Positions 42,601 to 55,353 of a stretch of 64,000 bases of DNA are shown here, piece by piece. Under the pieces are notes generated by a model. That model was not told where the DNA came from and did no database searches. It worked only from the letters and a program-made list of their open reading frames with translations. The DNA lies in assembly GCA_963828525.1 (NCBI GenBank), contig CAWHEP010000007.1:46200-110199 (forward strand). Direction: 5' to 3'. The stretch is from an uncultured Verrucomicrobiae bacterium (GTDB lineage Bacteria; Verrucomicrobiota; Verrucomicrobiia; Chthoniobacterales; Chthoniobacteraceae). The position numbers and the translations under genes are program-made. Numbering within the stretch: position 1 is the first letter of the stretch; each line of letters opens with the position of its first letter.

Positions 42601-45600
42601 ATGAAAAATGGAATCCCCGTCCCGGAAGGGACCATCGTATCCGCGTGCCGTGCCGCAAACAATCCCGATCGCAGTCACATAGTTGAAAAGACGTCTCGCG
42701 GCTCCGCCTTGCGGATGATGAGCCTGCTCATCCTCGTCTTGCTTGCCGCGCTTCTCCCGGCGAGCGCCAATCAACCCGGGGGCTTCGTTACCACGGTTAC
42801 CACGCCCGTCACCACTGGGAACACCAGCTACAACGGCCGTCCCTGTGTGTTCATGGACAACGGGATTATCCATATCATCATCGATAGCGCGGGGAATCCA
42901 GCCTCCTTGCGTTACTTGAAGCCGGGGTTGCCGGGGACACCCCTCAAAGATGGTGTCGAAATGGAGGGGCAATCCAGTGGGAGCACCAGTCTCTATGGAG
43001 GCAATTATAATATTAACTATTCGGACCCCTACAACACCATGGCTTTCGGGAACGACATCATAATTTATGCCACGCCACCTACGGCAGCGCAGGCGGATTA
43101 TGCTTTCTATGCTCCTTACAGTCCAGCTAGGGGCACGAATCCTTGGGATACAACCGTCCATTGGGTGCTCCGGCAGGGCGATACCGGCGTCTACACCTAC
43201 CTCGTGATCAATCACGATCCCTCGTATGGCCCCGCGGGGAACGCCGGGCTCACGCTCCAATGGGGTTCCGCTCATGACCAAAAGAATTTTCTCCTCGAGA
43301 ATACCTATGTGGACAATATGGGCGCTGGTCTGCTGGACAATCGCGGCCTTCCTGAGGCGCGCCGTCATGGGCTCAGCACGAGTTTCGAAGACGAGAACTA
43401 CATCATCGATGCCGTCCAGGATAACTACCAGATCGTCAACACAGATCCTTTGAGCAAGTTTTACGGCTACATTGACACCAAGTATTCATACATAGCGGAC
43501 CTTTACTCACTGGATTGCTGGGGTCGCGCGAGCGATGTAAACCACTTGGGTGGTTGGTTTGTGGAAGGCAGTCATGAGTTTTCCCCGAGCGGTCCCGCCT
43601 ATCTCGATTTCGTCCAGGGCTGGGGCTTGGTCGATTGTTGTCTCACGGGTCTCCATGGCATCCAGACGCATTATACGATCCCGCAGGGAACGGCGTTTCG
43701 CAAAGTTTATGGCCCCGTTCTCCTTTACATGAATACTCTCGCTACCGGTACGGCCAATTGGGCGGACGCCCAGCAGCAGGCGGTGGCGGAGAAGGCCGCG
43801 TGGCCTTACAGTTGGCTGACTTATGAACCGGCATACCAGACGCCCCCGCAACGCGCTACCGTCACCGGGACGATCTTAATTACCGATCAGCTCAACTCCG
43901 CCGTGAATGCCTCAGGCGCATGGGTGGGAGTGACCGACCCGGATAAGGGCTACAATACCGGTGGCTCCGCGCCTTTTCAGGTCCAGCAATTGGATGCACC
44001 AGCTTTCGCAAATCATCAATACTGGGTTCACGCCGCTCCCAATGGCTCCTTTAGCTTCCCAAATGTTGCCACGACCGATTGCTATGGAAATCCCGACCAA
44101 TATGCCTCTATGTTTATTCCAATGGAGTGAGCGGAAGCAATGGCGCGGTGGGTGAATACATGGGCCCGAGCTTCACCCCGACTCGGCGAACGGTGAACCT
44201 CGGCACGGTAACCTGGCTGTTCCACATAAAGGCACGTCCATCCTCTGGCAGATCGGGAATCCGGACAGAAGCGGCAGGAATTCGAGAATACCAGACCTCA
44301 ATACAGCCGCAGAATGGCAGTATAACAATCAGGGTATAACAACATGAACGTCCCATCGTGGGCCGGATGGCCGTTCCTATTTGTTCCCAAATCCCCTCGA
44401 GTACAACACCGCGACCGGCAACCTCCGCCAATCTAAGCTGGGAACAAACCAACGATAACGGGCTTTGGTACTGGGATTTGAACTTCAATCTCTCCAGCGC
44501 GCCTGCGTCCGGCAACTATTGGCTGACGATCGCCTACTCGGGAAGCGGCTGGGGCGGCGGAGCACAATCCGGGTATCAGCAAATCTCTGTCAACGGACAT
44601 GCCGTTCTTCTTCGATATCACTGGCTTCAAAGCATGGATTGGCCCCGGCGAACCATGGCGGAGAAATTAACCAGGCACACAACGCTTCCACATGGCGCGT
44701 ATTCCTTCATCCACGTGCCGATTGCCTCCAGCATGCTCCACAGCGGGAGTAACACCATTACCCTCACCGCCAATGGGGTAATATTGTACGATCACATCAA
44801 CATGGAGACGCCCACTCTCAGTGGACAATGGCGTTTACACCTTGTCGATCGAGAACACCGGGACGAATGTTTACACGCTTCGGTGTCGGTTCAACAACGG
44901 CGGTACCAACACACAACGTTTACACTTATCCCGGGCTCGGGAGCCTCGCTGAATCAATGGCAGGTCGTCAACCTCGGGGCTAGCCGGAATTATTGCGAAT
45001 TTATCAACGTCGCGTCTGGCCTTGCGCTCACGGGCAGCGCGGGCGGCGTGACCCAGGCGCCGCTGGTCGGCAGCAGCAACCAGATCTGGCAGGTGAGGCG
45101 GGTACCGCGTGGCGGATACCTTGTGCGCTGCTCGGGCCAGGTTTCAACGCTGCTGACGGCGGTACCATCGCGCAGCCTTATACGTCCGGCAGCAATTCGG
45201 TCGTGCTTGTCCGGCGCAAACGGCGGGGCTGCGGGTCAGAACTGGGTGTTTACGATGGTGCCACCGACGGTGAACTGCCCCAGTGCGATTGCGACAAACA
45301 TCAATACCCCTTGTCCGTTTGGGTCACGACAGGCGTCAATGGTTCGAACTTCGCCCCTTCCACGGATTATTGCTGCCTCCGGATTCAACTGGTCTCCCTC
45401 GGGTTCGAACCTTGTGGCCACCATACAGCGCAACCAATCTGCCCCCGGGGTGACGATCGACAGCGTCACCGGGCTGATTTCGGGATACGCCAGCGCAACC
45501 GGCACGTACTCGGCCACCATCATGGCGACCAACTCAGGAGGAACAGGTTCGCAGCCCGTCACGTTTACCGTGGGAGTTCCTTTATCCGGCTTGAGCGTCC

Positions 45601-48600
45601 CGGTTCGAAGACATCTGACTTGGGGCGTTCCCTATTCCGCCCAGGTCACGGGTATCAGCGGTGATGTCACTGGCTTTAGCGCCACCGGTTTGCCTCCCGG
45701 AATTACCATCGATGCCTACGACGGGACTTATTTCCGGCACGCCCACCGTCTACGCCTACAATAACCCGTCGCAGTCCTTTGAGTTCAACCATCTACGTGA
45801 CCAATCCCGGTGGCACAAATTCAGTTAACGTTTCCTATGCGATCGTCCCTCCGGTGCCGGTCATTACCAGTCCGTTGACGGCCACGGGCGTCGTCGGTTC
45901 AAGTTTCTCTTACACGACTACCGCGACCTATACGCCCACGCTTTAACGCGACCGGTTATCCGGCAGGGTTAAGTTTCAACACTAACAACGGCGTTCTTTC
46001 CGGAACTCCGACCACGGCCGGCACGTACAACATCCTCCTCAGCGCCTCAAAACCCCGCCGGTGGCGGCTCCGGCCCCACCAGCACTCTGGTGCTGACGGT
46101 TTACGCCGCCCCCACCTCCGCGCCCGTGATCAACAGCGCCAGCACGGCCTCGGGTGCCGCCGGCGCTGCGTTCAGCTACGCGATCACGGCAACCAATCTC
46201 CCCACGAGTTTCTCCGCCTCGGGCCTTCCGGATGGGTTGTCCGTCAATACCGCGACTGGCAAATCTCGGGCGCCGCAGACCAGTACCGGCACTTCCACTG
46301 TCACCTTGGGAGCCACCAATGACAAAGGAACCGGAACCCAGACCTTGACCTTAACCATCGGCAAGCCAGCCGCGCCGGTGATCATCGCGAGCAGTGGCAC
46401 GGTTCCCGGCGAAGCCTTGGCGCCCTTCAGCTACTCCGTCAGCGCGAGCAATAATCCCACAGGTTACGGTGCCAGCGGCCTGCCTGCTGGGCTTGAGCAT
46501 CAATCCGGTCACCGGGGTCATTTCCGGCAGCCTCCGGTCCGGGAAATTCCGTGGTCTCACTGACTGCGACCAATCAGGGCGGAACCGGCTCCGGTTCCAT
46601 CACCCTGGCCATCAGTTCGGCGTCCAAGCCGGTGATCAACAGCGCCTCTTCCGATACGGAGAGCGACTTGGCGTGGCGGTGAATTTCCAGGTCACTGGCG
46701 GCAAATGGTCCCACTGACTTCACCGCTGCAATCTGCCGCTGGGCCTTTCGCTGAATAGCTCGACCGGCCTCATCTCGGGCACGCCCGCGTCTGACGGGAA
46801 GTTTCTCCATCCCCATCACCGCCAGCAACAGCGTTGGATCGGGCACTGCGGGCACATTAACGATGATCGTTAATCCTGCCGACCTGGACTTCGGTCTGAT
46901 GTCGGCGCGCCCGGAGGATGGTTCGGCGATACCACCACCTACGCCAACGGGATGTATTCCATGGTGGCAGCCGGCACAGGTTACGACGGGACGGCAGACT
47001 CCTTCCAGTTCTCCTATCAGCCGCTCTCGGGAGATGGCGCGATTATCGCCCGCGTTACTAGTTTTCTGAATCCCAAGTTTCAGGTGGGTCCCGGAAGCCA
47101 GGGCGGAGTCATGATCCGGTCTTCGTTGGCGGCCGATGCTCCCTTTTTCGCCGTGTCGGATGGGTCTACGGCAACGGACGGGGGCGCAATACCGCACCAG
47201 CGCAGGAGGCAACTCTGCTTTCAGTCGGTCGGTGCGGTCGGCATGAACTGGGTTAAAGTCGTCCGCATGGGAAATGTGTTCACCAGGTTACGGCTCCTTG
47301 ACGGCGTGAACTGGGCCCAGATTGGATCGCCGCAGACCATCGTGATGCCTCCCACGGTTTACATGGGCTTGGCGGGAAATGAAAATAACGTCCTTCTGTC
47401 AACCTACATCACCTTTGACCACGTGAACCTCCTGGCGGGCAGCGCTCTGTGGTCTTCTTCCGACATCGGCGCGGTGAGCGCTCCGGGCAATACTTCGTAC
47501 AGCGGCGGCGTCTATTCTCTGGTCAACAGCGGAAGTGATATCTGGAGTAACTCGGACCAATTTCACTACGCCTATCTGCCTGTGACCGCGGATTGCAGCA
47601 TGATCGCGTGCGCGTCACCTCCGTGGCGAATACTGACATCAACGCAAAGGCGGGCATCATGGTTCGGGATACGCTTAGCACCGCATCGGACTTTGCGGAC
47701 TTGGTGGTATCCGCCAGCAATGGAATTTACTTTCAGGCAGAAGGGCTTCTTCCGGCGGACACGGAGTAACTGTGGCATCCAGTACGTCACTGCGGCACTC
47801 CTTATTGGGTGAAGCTGACACGGGCCGGGAACACCTTCACCGCCTACACCGCCCCGGATGGAGTGACTTGGACCCAACTCGGCTCGCCGACGTCCATCAC
47901 CATGGGGGCCAATGCCTATATTGGGCTCGCCTACACCAGTCATAACGCCGCTCAGATCGGCACCGCCACCATCGATAACATCAGCCTCACCGCCCCGAAT
48001 AATCCTGCGCCGCCGGTGATTGCCAGCGGAATCAATCATTCCCGGCAGCGGTGGGAGACTCCTTGAACTATTCTCTGCCGGCCACGAACAGTCCGACTCG
48101 GCTTTGCCTCGGTCACGCTTCCTGGCGGACTAGAAATCACCCCCGCTGGCCTCATCACAGGTTCTCCGACGGGCACAGGCACTCCTACCGCGTCGATTAC
48201 GGCTCGAAAACTCCGGCGGACTTGGGATCAACACAATCACGTTTAGTTTGACGCGGCCTCTCCCGTCATTTTCCCGAGCGTTGCGCCGGTGAATGCCACC
48301 GTGAACCAGCCCTTCAGCTATGGTGTCAGCGTCCAGAATGGCGCGACCTCCTACACGGCAACCGGCGTGCCTCCGGGTCTCACCTTCAATACGTCAACCG
48401 GCAAATACTCGGGGACACCTACATCCACCGGAACCTTCTCCGTTGCTGAGACTGCCACCAACGTAGCCGGAACGGATTCGGCCACCCAGGTGTTTGTTTT
48501 CTCCCCGCCGCCTCCGGCCATCACCAGTTCGTTCACCCTTACTGGTACCGCCCTCAGCAGCTTCAGCTATACCATCAGGGCGGCCAACAGCCCTACCTCT

Positions 48601-50143
48601 TTCAATGCGATCAACCTGCCCTTGGGCCTCAGCCTCAATTCCACCACTGGCGTGATTTCCGGAACGCCACTGCTCTCCGGTACCTTCTCCTTCTATGTCA
48701 CCGCGACCAACCAGTACGGGACAGCCAGTGATCCGTTCTCACTCACGGTCAACATCCCCGTGCCCACGGCCCCGACGGATCTCGCCGCGACGGCGTGGGA
48801 CGGCCAGGTCGATCTGATCTGGGACGCTCCGTATGACGCCACCGGATACAATGTCCTCCGGGCAACCTCGGCCGCGCGGACCCTACAGCGTCATCGCGTC
48901 GAATGTGACGACCAACTATTACAGCGACAAGACCGTGGTCGATGGTTCCACGTACTACTACGAGGTAAACGCCTACAACAGCAGCGGGAACCGGACCGGC
49001 TTCGGGTTCGGTCATGGCGACGCCGGTCTGCTCTGGGAATCAACGCCTGGCAGTACGGTGATATCGGCGCGGTCGGATTGGCCGGCAGCCCATCCTACGC
49101 GAGCGGCACGTATACCGTTGCCGGGTCGGGGAGTGACATTTGGGGTACGGCCGATGCCTTCCAGTTCAACTGCCAGGAAATGACGGGCGACGGGGCCATC
49201 GTGGCCCGCGTGGTCTCGGTCCAGAATACCAGCGCTCGGCAAAGGCGGGCGTCATGATGCGCGACGCGCTTACGCCCGGTCGCCGCAAACGTCGCCATCC
49301 TGGTGACCCCTGGCTACGGCGTAAACAGCCAATGGCGCACCGACGGATGGCGGGTCCACCAGCCAGACCACACAGCGGGTTGACTGCGCCTTACTGGGTC
49401 AAACTGGTCCGCGCCGGCAATGTCTTCACCACCTACTACTCGCCCGATGGCGTGACCTGGACGCAAGCAAGCAGTCCCAGACCATCTCCATGCCCAGCAC
49501 CATCTACGTCGGGCTGGCGGTAACGGCGAAGGACAACTCGGCCCTCTGCACCGCGACGTTCGATAACGTGAACATCCTGCCCAGCGCGGCATGGTCCGCG
49601 ATAGACATCGGTTCCCCGTCCATCCGCGGATTTACCAGTTGGAGCAACGGCGTGTTGACCATGAACGATGCCTCCGGAGGGGATATCTGCGGTCACACTC
49701 AGACAAATTCCGCTACGTCTACCAGCCGGCAAGTGGTGACTGCACCATCACGGCCAAAGTGACCGGCGGTGGAGGCTGATCAACAGCGGGTCCAAGGCAG
49801 GCGTAATGATCCGTGAAACCCTCGCGGCGGACTCAGAGTCACGTCAGCGTATATGCAAGTCCCTATGGCGGAGCCTATCTCCAGCATCGGACCACAAAGG
49901 GTGGCGGATCCGAGTCAGGTCGCGAACAGCAATCCCAGCCTCGTGCCGCCCTATTGGATCAGGCTCACGCGCTCCGGCAACTTCTTCACCGCCTTCACCT
50001 CACAGGACGGAAGTTACTGGACCACGTTCGGGTCGACTACCGTCAACATGGGTGCCAACGTTTACGTCGGCATCCCGTTCACCAGCCACTCCGCCCCGGT
50101 CCTCGGAACGTCCACGTTCAGCAACATCACAGTCGGCCCGTAA
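42601..50143 (+). CDS. Very large secreted rhamnogalacturonan lyase (PL4-like) with ricin-B-like, putative-Ig (He_PIG), FN3 and several ConA-like domains; heavily frameshifted
   Basis: MDNGII, DTKYSY, KVYGPVLLYMN, EKAAWPYSW, ATVTGTI, QYWVHA..NGSFSFPNV; many FSYxIxAxNxPTSF.A.GLP.GLS.N..TG.ISG repeats; repeated GSDIW..ADAFQF, AKAGVMIR, YWVKLVRAGNVFT.Y.SPDG..WT; final stop at 50143. Confidence 0.8.
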
Positions 50144-50493
50144 TCCCGGATAACGAGGGGCAAGTAGAGTCCAACGTAGGGAAGCCTCGCCGAGCGTCCG
50201 CGGCCTCTCCACGTCCGGCAACGAACCGCCCCGGAACAAACTCCAAAGACCGTCGTGCAACCGCCCCTCCCGCCCTCGTCGCCAAGTTGCACTTGGTGAC
50301 GCAATTGTCTTCGAAGTTGTACTCGCTCCCCGCGTCATCTCCCATAGCAGCGAAGTCTCTCCACGCCCCGGCAACAAACCGGCCCGGAAAACCTCCCCAT
50401 TCCCCCCGCGACGAACCCGCGCGTAAACCTCTCTCAATCTCTTGCCCTCATTTGGTCGCCCGCGCGCAGGCAACCAAAATTATCTCGCGATCC

Positions 50494-50522
50494 TGAGTAA
50501 TTTTACTCACCATACTGAGTAA
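50494..50522. promoter_or_regulatory. Candidate operator: TGAGTAA-TT-TTACTCA dyad plus third half-site
   Basis: Perfect 7-2-7 inverted repeat at 50494-50509 and a direct TGAGTAA 22 bp downstream, upstream of the DUF3142 gene. Confidence 0.5.
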
Positions 50523-50614
50523 TTCGTAAATGACGCGCATTTCCAACCCGCGCTTCATGCTTTACCGCTTGTCACGCGCCGCCGGCAGCCCCGCGTGAAC
50601 TCCTGGTAAGTCTC

Positions 50615-51961
50615 ATGTGCGTAAGCCCTGAAGCTCGTGAGAAGCGCCAGCAGGAATGCGGAGCGCTGTTGCAACCTGTGTATAGCTTTCCCGCCCCCCG
50701 ACTCGCCTTGCTTCTAACCGGCTGCATCACCCTTTTGCTTTCCGGATGCGGACGCGAACCGCCGAAGAGCGCCCCCCTTCTTCAGCGCGGCTATCTTTGG
50801 CAGCGCAACTGGACGCCCGCCGTGGCCCAGGCGGTCTCGGAAGCCGAATCCCGGATGGATGGAGTTGTGATGCTCGGCGGTGAGATCACCTGGCAAGGAG
50901 CGAAGCCCCGGCTGCTGAAGGCTTCCATACCCTGGTCGATCCTGCGCCACGCGAGGAAGCCCTTGGCGCTCGCCTTGCGCATCGCCCCGTTCCCAGGCCC
51001 CTTCGCGGTCGATGACGCGCCCGCGCGCGCGATAATCGGCGCGGCTGCTTCCTTGCTGGCCGAGGCGCGCGAGGCAGGAGTCCCGTTGAGCGAGTTCCAG
51101 CTCGACTTCGATTGCGCCAGCCAAAAGCTGGAGGGCTACCGCTTCTGGCTGCGAGCGCTGCGCCCCGCCGTGCGCCCCTTGCGAATAGTGATAACCACCC
51201 TGCCCGCATGGCTGGATGATCCCGGCTTTGCTCCCCTGGCGCGCGAAGCGGACGGCTTCGTCCTCCAGGTCCATTCCGTCCCCACCCAGCAGGAGACTGG
51301 CCATGCCGCTCTCTGCGATACCGCGCTTGCGCGAAAGTGGGCGGCGAAGGCCTCCAGCCTCGGTCTTCCCTTTTCAATCGCGCTGCCGACCTACCGCTGC
51401 CTCGCCGGCTACGCGTCCGACGGAAAGCTGCTCGGTGTCGCGATGGATAGCGTGCAGCCCGCGTGGCCGCCTGGAACGCGCCTCCTGGATTTCAGCGCCG
51501 ATGCGGGGGATCTGGCCGCGCTGGTAAAAGAATGGCAGGCTGCGCCCCCTGCCGGGCTGCGGGAGATCCTCTGGTATCGCCTCCCGGTCGCCACCGACGC
51601 CCGCAACTGGCGCTGGCCCACGCTCGCGGCTGTCATGGCCGGTCGGAAGCCCGCGCCAAAAATCGAGGCCCTTCAGGATGGAGCCAACCCGGTTGATCTC
51701 TCCATTGCCAACGTCGGCGACGCCGATGAGCAGGGCGGCTGCGTCATCGCGGCAACCTGGCGCGGCGCGACCGCCACCGCGTCCGAAGCGTTGCCGGGCT
51801 GGACTCTGCGTGTGGAATCGAACCGCGCGATCTTCTCGCCCGAGCCCGGCAGCCGGATACGCTTGTCACCCGGTGACCGGCGTGCCATAGGTTGGCTCCG
51901 GTATGACATGCCGCCCCTCCTTCGCTTGGAGACCCTCCAAAATGCTCAGGGTTTCCACTAG
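50615..51961 (+). CDS. DUF3142 family putative lipoprotein
   Basis: Lipobox LLSGC; YLWQRNWT, FQLDFDCASQKLEGY, ITTLPAWL, FVLQVH, WYRLP...NWRWPTL. Confidence 0.8.
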   Translation: MCVSPEAREKRQQECGALLQPVYSFPAPRLALLLTGCITLLLSGCGREPPKSAPLLQRGYLWQRNWTPAVAQAVSEAESRMDGVVMLGGEITWQGAKPRLLKASIPWSILRHARKPLALALRIAPFPGPFAVDDAPARAIIGAAASLLAEAREAGVPLSEFQLDFDCASQKLEGYRFWLRALRPAVRPLRIVITTLPAWLDDPGFAPLAREADGFVLQVHSVPTQQETGHAALCDTALARKWAAKASSLGLPFSIALPTYRCLAGYASDGKLLGVAMDSVQPAWPPGTRLLDFSADAGDLAALVKEWQAAPPAGLREILWYRLPVATDARNWRWPTLAAVMAGRKPAPKIEALQDGANPVDLSIANVGDADEQGGCVIAATWRGATATASEALPGWTLRVESNRAIFSPEPGSRIRLSPGDRRAIGWLRYDMPPLLRLETLQNAQGFH

Positions 51962-54287
51962 CTTCTTCGCGGTCGCGCTCCTGCTTTTCGCGCCCGCCAG
52001 CCATTGCCTTGCGACGGGGTATTCCGGCCCATCCGATTACCTCGACGCTGGGGCAGGAAATGTGGATGCCTCCCCGGAGTTTTACTGGGAACTGGAGGTC
52101 AAAAGGCTGGCGAAAGATTTTCACCCGGCGGAAAAGCGGCTTCCCGCTTCTGCGACAGATGAGGAGGCCCAGGGCAAGATGAAACAGGCGGCGGATGAAA
52201 GCGACCGTGCCGCGGCCAAAAGGGACGGGCGCGATCCCGACAACCAGGACTCCGAATTCTCCCAATATGAAGCCGGGGCCGACTCCTACCGCTCAGGCGT
52301 CGCGCGGCGGGATGATCTGGAGACTCAAATCCGGCAGGCAGCCGATCTCCCCGGGCAGAACCCGCCGGTGAGCAAGGCGGATGAAGAAAAAGCGCGGGCC
52401 GAAGCCGCGAAGGATCTGCAAGCCGCGCGCGAAGCTTGGGAGCGGCTAATGAAACTGCCCGCCGCGGATCGTCACTACCGCTCCGTCTGGGCGGCATACA
52501 TGCTTGGGAAAGTCGCTCTCCGGCAGGAGGATCCTGCCGCGGCGGTGCAATGGTTTATCCGGACGCGCGAGCTGGCCCGGCAAGGGTTTTCAGATCCGCT
52601 GGCGCTTGCCGCGGACAGCTACGGCTGGGAAGCCCGCGCGGAATGGAAGGCCGGCCATCCCGAGAGAGCCGCGCCGCTTTACCTTGCGCAATTGGCCCTC
52701 GGAGACGAGAGCGCCGTCATCTCGCTGAAAGCTCTGATACCGGATCGCGACCCCGTCGACGGCATGCTTAACTATGGCCCTGAGCTCGACGAAAAACAAA
52801 AATGGAGCGAGCAGCAGGCCCGGGTGGAGGAAAAGAAAACGCTGCTGGCCCTCGAACTCGCCGCGCGCGATCCGCTCTTGCGCAGATTGGTTACCGCCCA
52901 CATCCTGGCGACCACAAAATACGCGCTTCAGGAGGGCAGATGGCTCGGCGGAACCCCGTTGTTGAAGGAGGTGACCTTGGCGGCCTATTGGGAATATCCG
53001 AAGGATCCCGCCCGACGCTGCGCGCGCTGGCTCGCGATCGTGGACAAGGCGAAACCCGGCCCTGTCGAAGACGCGGAGTACCTCGGCTGGGTCGCGTACA
53101 GCGACGGCGCTTACGATCAGGCCAGGCGCTGGCTGGCGCTCGCGAAAAACAAGGAAGCGCCCGCCGCCTGCTGGCTGCGCGCAAAGCTCGCGCTCCGCGC
53201 GGGCCAGCTCGCCGATGCCGCCGCGAACATGCGAAAGGCGTGGCAGACCGCGCGCGATTCCGCTCTTTATACCGGCTGGAAGTCACCGGAAGCTTCGGAC
53301 GAGAACTCGGTCTCTTCGGACTACGAAGAAAGCTATGACGCATGGACCTTCCCGCAGTCCGCCAGCGGAGATCTGGGCGCCCTCTCCTTGCAGCGCGGCG
53401 ATTTCATCGAGGCGATGGATACCTTCCTGAAGGGCAACCTCTGGGAAGACGGCGCGTTCGTCGCGGAAAATGTCCTGACCGCGGCGGAGCTTATCACGTA
53501 TGTCGACCAGCAGCCGCCGCCCGCTCCCGCCCCCGTTGTTTCAGGCAGCAATGCCGATGGCCGGGATATCTACGATGCCCACAGTCTGCGCTACCTGCTT
53601 GGCCGCAGGCTCGTGCGGGAGGATCGGTATGACGAGGCCGCTCGCTATTTGTCACCCCCTTTCGACAAGGTCCTCCAAAAATACGTGCAAGCCTTGAAGG
53701 CGGGAGCAGATGAAAAAACGGCGAAAGTTGACCGCGCCCGGGCCTTTTTTACCGCCGCGTGGATCGCGCGCCACCACGGCATGGAACTCATGGGCACCGA
53801 GGTAGCGCCGGACAGCTTCGAAACAGGCGGCGCGTTCGAGAACCCCGATGTGGCGCGGCAGCGGCTAACCGGACGCTACAAGCCGGAGGACAACAAACCC
53901 GATTCGCCGATTCCCACCGAACTAAAACCTTCAAAGGCAGAGAAGCGGCGGCTCGCGGCAAACCAGGTGAAGCCAGACCTCCGATACCACTACCGCGTCA
54001 TCGCGGCCGCGCTCGCGATGAAAGCTGCCGCCCTCCTCCCGAGTGATACTGAAGAACTGGCCGACGTGGTAAACACAGCGGGAGGCTGGGTAAAGGACAT
54101 CGATAACAAAGTGGCCGACCGCTACTACCAGGTCTTGGACAGCCGCTGCGCGAAAACCAAGCTGGGAGCCGCCGCCATCGCAAAGCGCTGGTTCATCAGC
54201 GATTCCGGCCCGTGGAGCAACGCCCAGGAAGTCGCCTTCCAGGAGATGGACAAGCAGGTCGGCATTCCTACTCCCGAGCCTCAATAA
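51942..54287 (+). CDS. Secreted alpha-helical (TPR-like) hypothetical protein coupled to DUF3142
   Basis: Signal peptide; RSVWAAYMLG, DGAFVAENVLT, YLLGRRLVRE, GMELMGTE, RYHYR; overlaps the upstream gene by 20 bp. Confidence 0.75.
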   Translation: MLRVSTSFFAVALLLFAPASHCLATGYSGPSDYLDAGAGNVDASPEFYWELEVKRLAKDFHPAEKRLPASATDEEAQGKMKQAADESDRAAAKRDGRDPDNQDSEFSQYEAGADSYRSGVARRDDLETQIRQAADLPGQNPPVSKADEEKARAEAAKDLQAAREAWERLMKLPAADRHYRSVWAAYMLGKVALRQEDPAAAVQWFIRTRELARQGFSDPLALAADSYGWEARAEWKAGHPERAAPLYLAQLALGDESAVISLKALIPDRDPVDGMLNYGPELDEKQKWSEQQARVEEKKTLLALELAARDPLLRRLVTAHILATTKYALQEGRWLGGTPLLKEVTLAAYWEYPKDPARRCARWLAIVDKAKPGPVEDAEYLGWVAYSDGAYDQARRWLALAKNKEAPAACWLRAKLALRAGQLADAAANMRKAWQTARDSALYTGWKSPEASDENSVSSDYEESYDAWTFPQSASGDLGALSLQRGDFIEAMDTFLKGNLWEDGAFVAENVLTAAELITYVDQQPPPAPAPVVSGSNADGRDIYDAHSLRYLLGRRLVREDRYDEAARYLSPPFDKVLQKYVQALKAGADEKTAKVDRARAFFTAAWIARHHGMELMGTEVAPDSFETGGAFENPDVARQRLTGRYKPEDNKPDSPIPTELKPSKAEKRRLAANQVKPDLRYHYRVIAAALAMKAAALLPSDTEELADVVNTAGGWVKDIDNKVADRYYQVLDSRCAKTKLGAAAIAKRWFISDSGPWSNAQEVAFQEMDKQVGIPTPEPQ

Positions 54288-54302
54288 AAAATCAAACGCC
54301 CG

Positions 54303-55264
54303 TCAGTTGGCGCGCGGTTGACCCTCGCGCTCTCTAACGAACTGCAGAGCCAGGCGACTACTCTGCCATCACCAAGCATGGCCTTCCTGGCCATCTGTAA
54401 TGAAACTGCCCAGAGATTCCCCACGAGGAGAGAATTTGAGCACTTTGCCATCCCAGAAGTTGACAACATAGACATTGCCGCTGCCATCGATCACGAATCC
54501 CTTCGAATTCGCCACCCCTTTCAACATCGCGAAAATGCCGAGACTTTCGCCTTTTGGAGAGTATTTCCGGATGCAATCGCTCCCCGGCGCGTCGCTGAGC
54601 GAATCACGAACATAGAGGTCTCCCGCAGGATCAAACGCGATCTCGGTGGGTCGCTTTAGGTCAGCGCGCGCGAAGACACCGAGGTCATTCCCTTCGGGAG
54701 AGATTTTTTCGATGCTCCTGTCGCTAGGTTTGACCACGTAAAGATTGCCAGCGGCATCAAAAGCGATCCCTTTGTGTCCACCGACGGGAAGAGTGACAAA
54801 AACGCCGAGGGTACTTTTCCAGATGAATCAAATCGGTCAATGTCGCCGGCTTCTGCTTCAAGGTAGGAGACGTAGAGACAGCCATGCGAATCCACGGCGA
54901 GGGCGTACGGGTATCTGGTGCGTTTGATTTCCAGTAGCTTCCTGCCAGTCGCGGATACCTTTTCCACCTTGTCGAACTCGGCCGCGTAGGCATCGCCGGA
55001 TTTACCAAACACGAGGTAGCTGGGAGTGGTCACCATCTTCTCAGCGAACTTGCCGAGGTCTTTGCCTTTGGGTGTGCACTTTTCGATGCCGCTCCAATTT
55101 CCCATTCTGACATAGAAGTTACCCGCCGGATCCATCGCAAGTAAGCCAGGGGGATTTTCAGGATCAAACATGTAGCCTTTTGCATGCGCGGCGACAGCCA
55201 GTATCGCGGCGAGAAACAGTGCTGCTATTTTGTAGAGCGGGGTCGCAGGGAAAAGAGAACCCAT
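54303..55264 (-). CDS. NHL-repeat beta-propeller protein (frameshifted)
   Basis: Repeated LAxDxxGNxYV...IEKxSPxGxDLGxF units across three frames. Confidence 0.75.
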
Positions 55265-55353
55265 TTGTCTCGGTGGATCGAAGAGCATCTTTTCAGTATG
55301 ATGTCATCGCCGGATTATAGGGAATAAATCTGCTCTGCCTCGAAAACACGACG

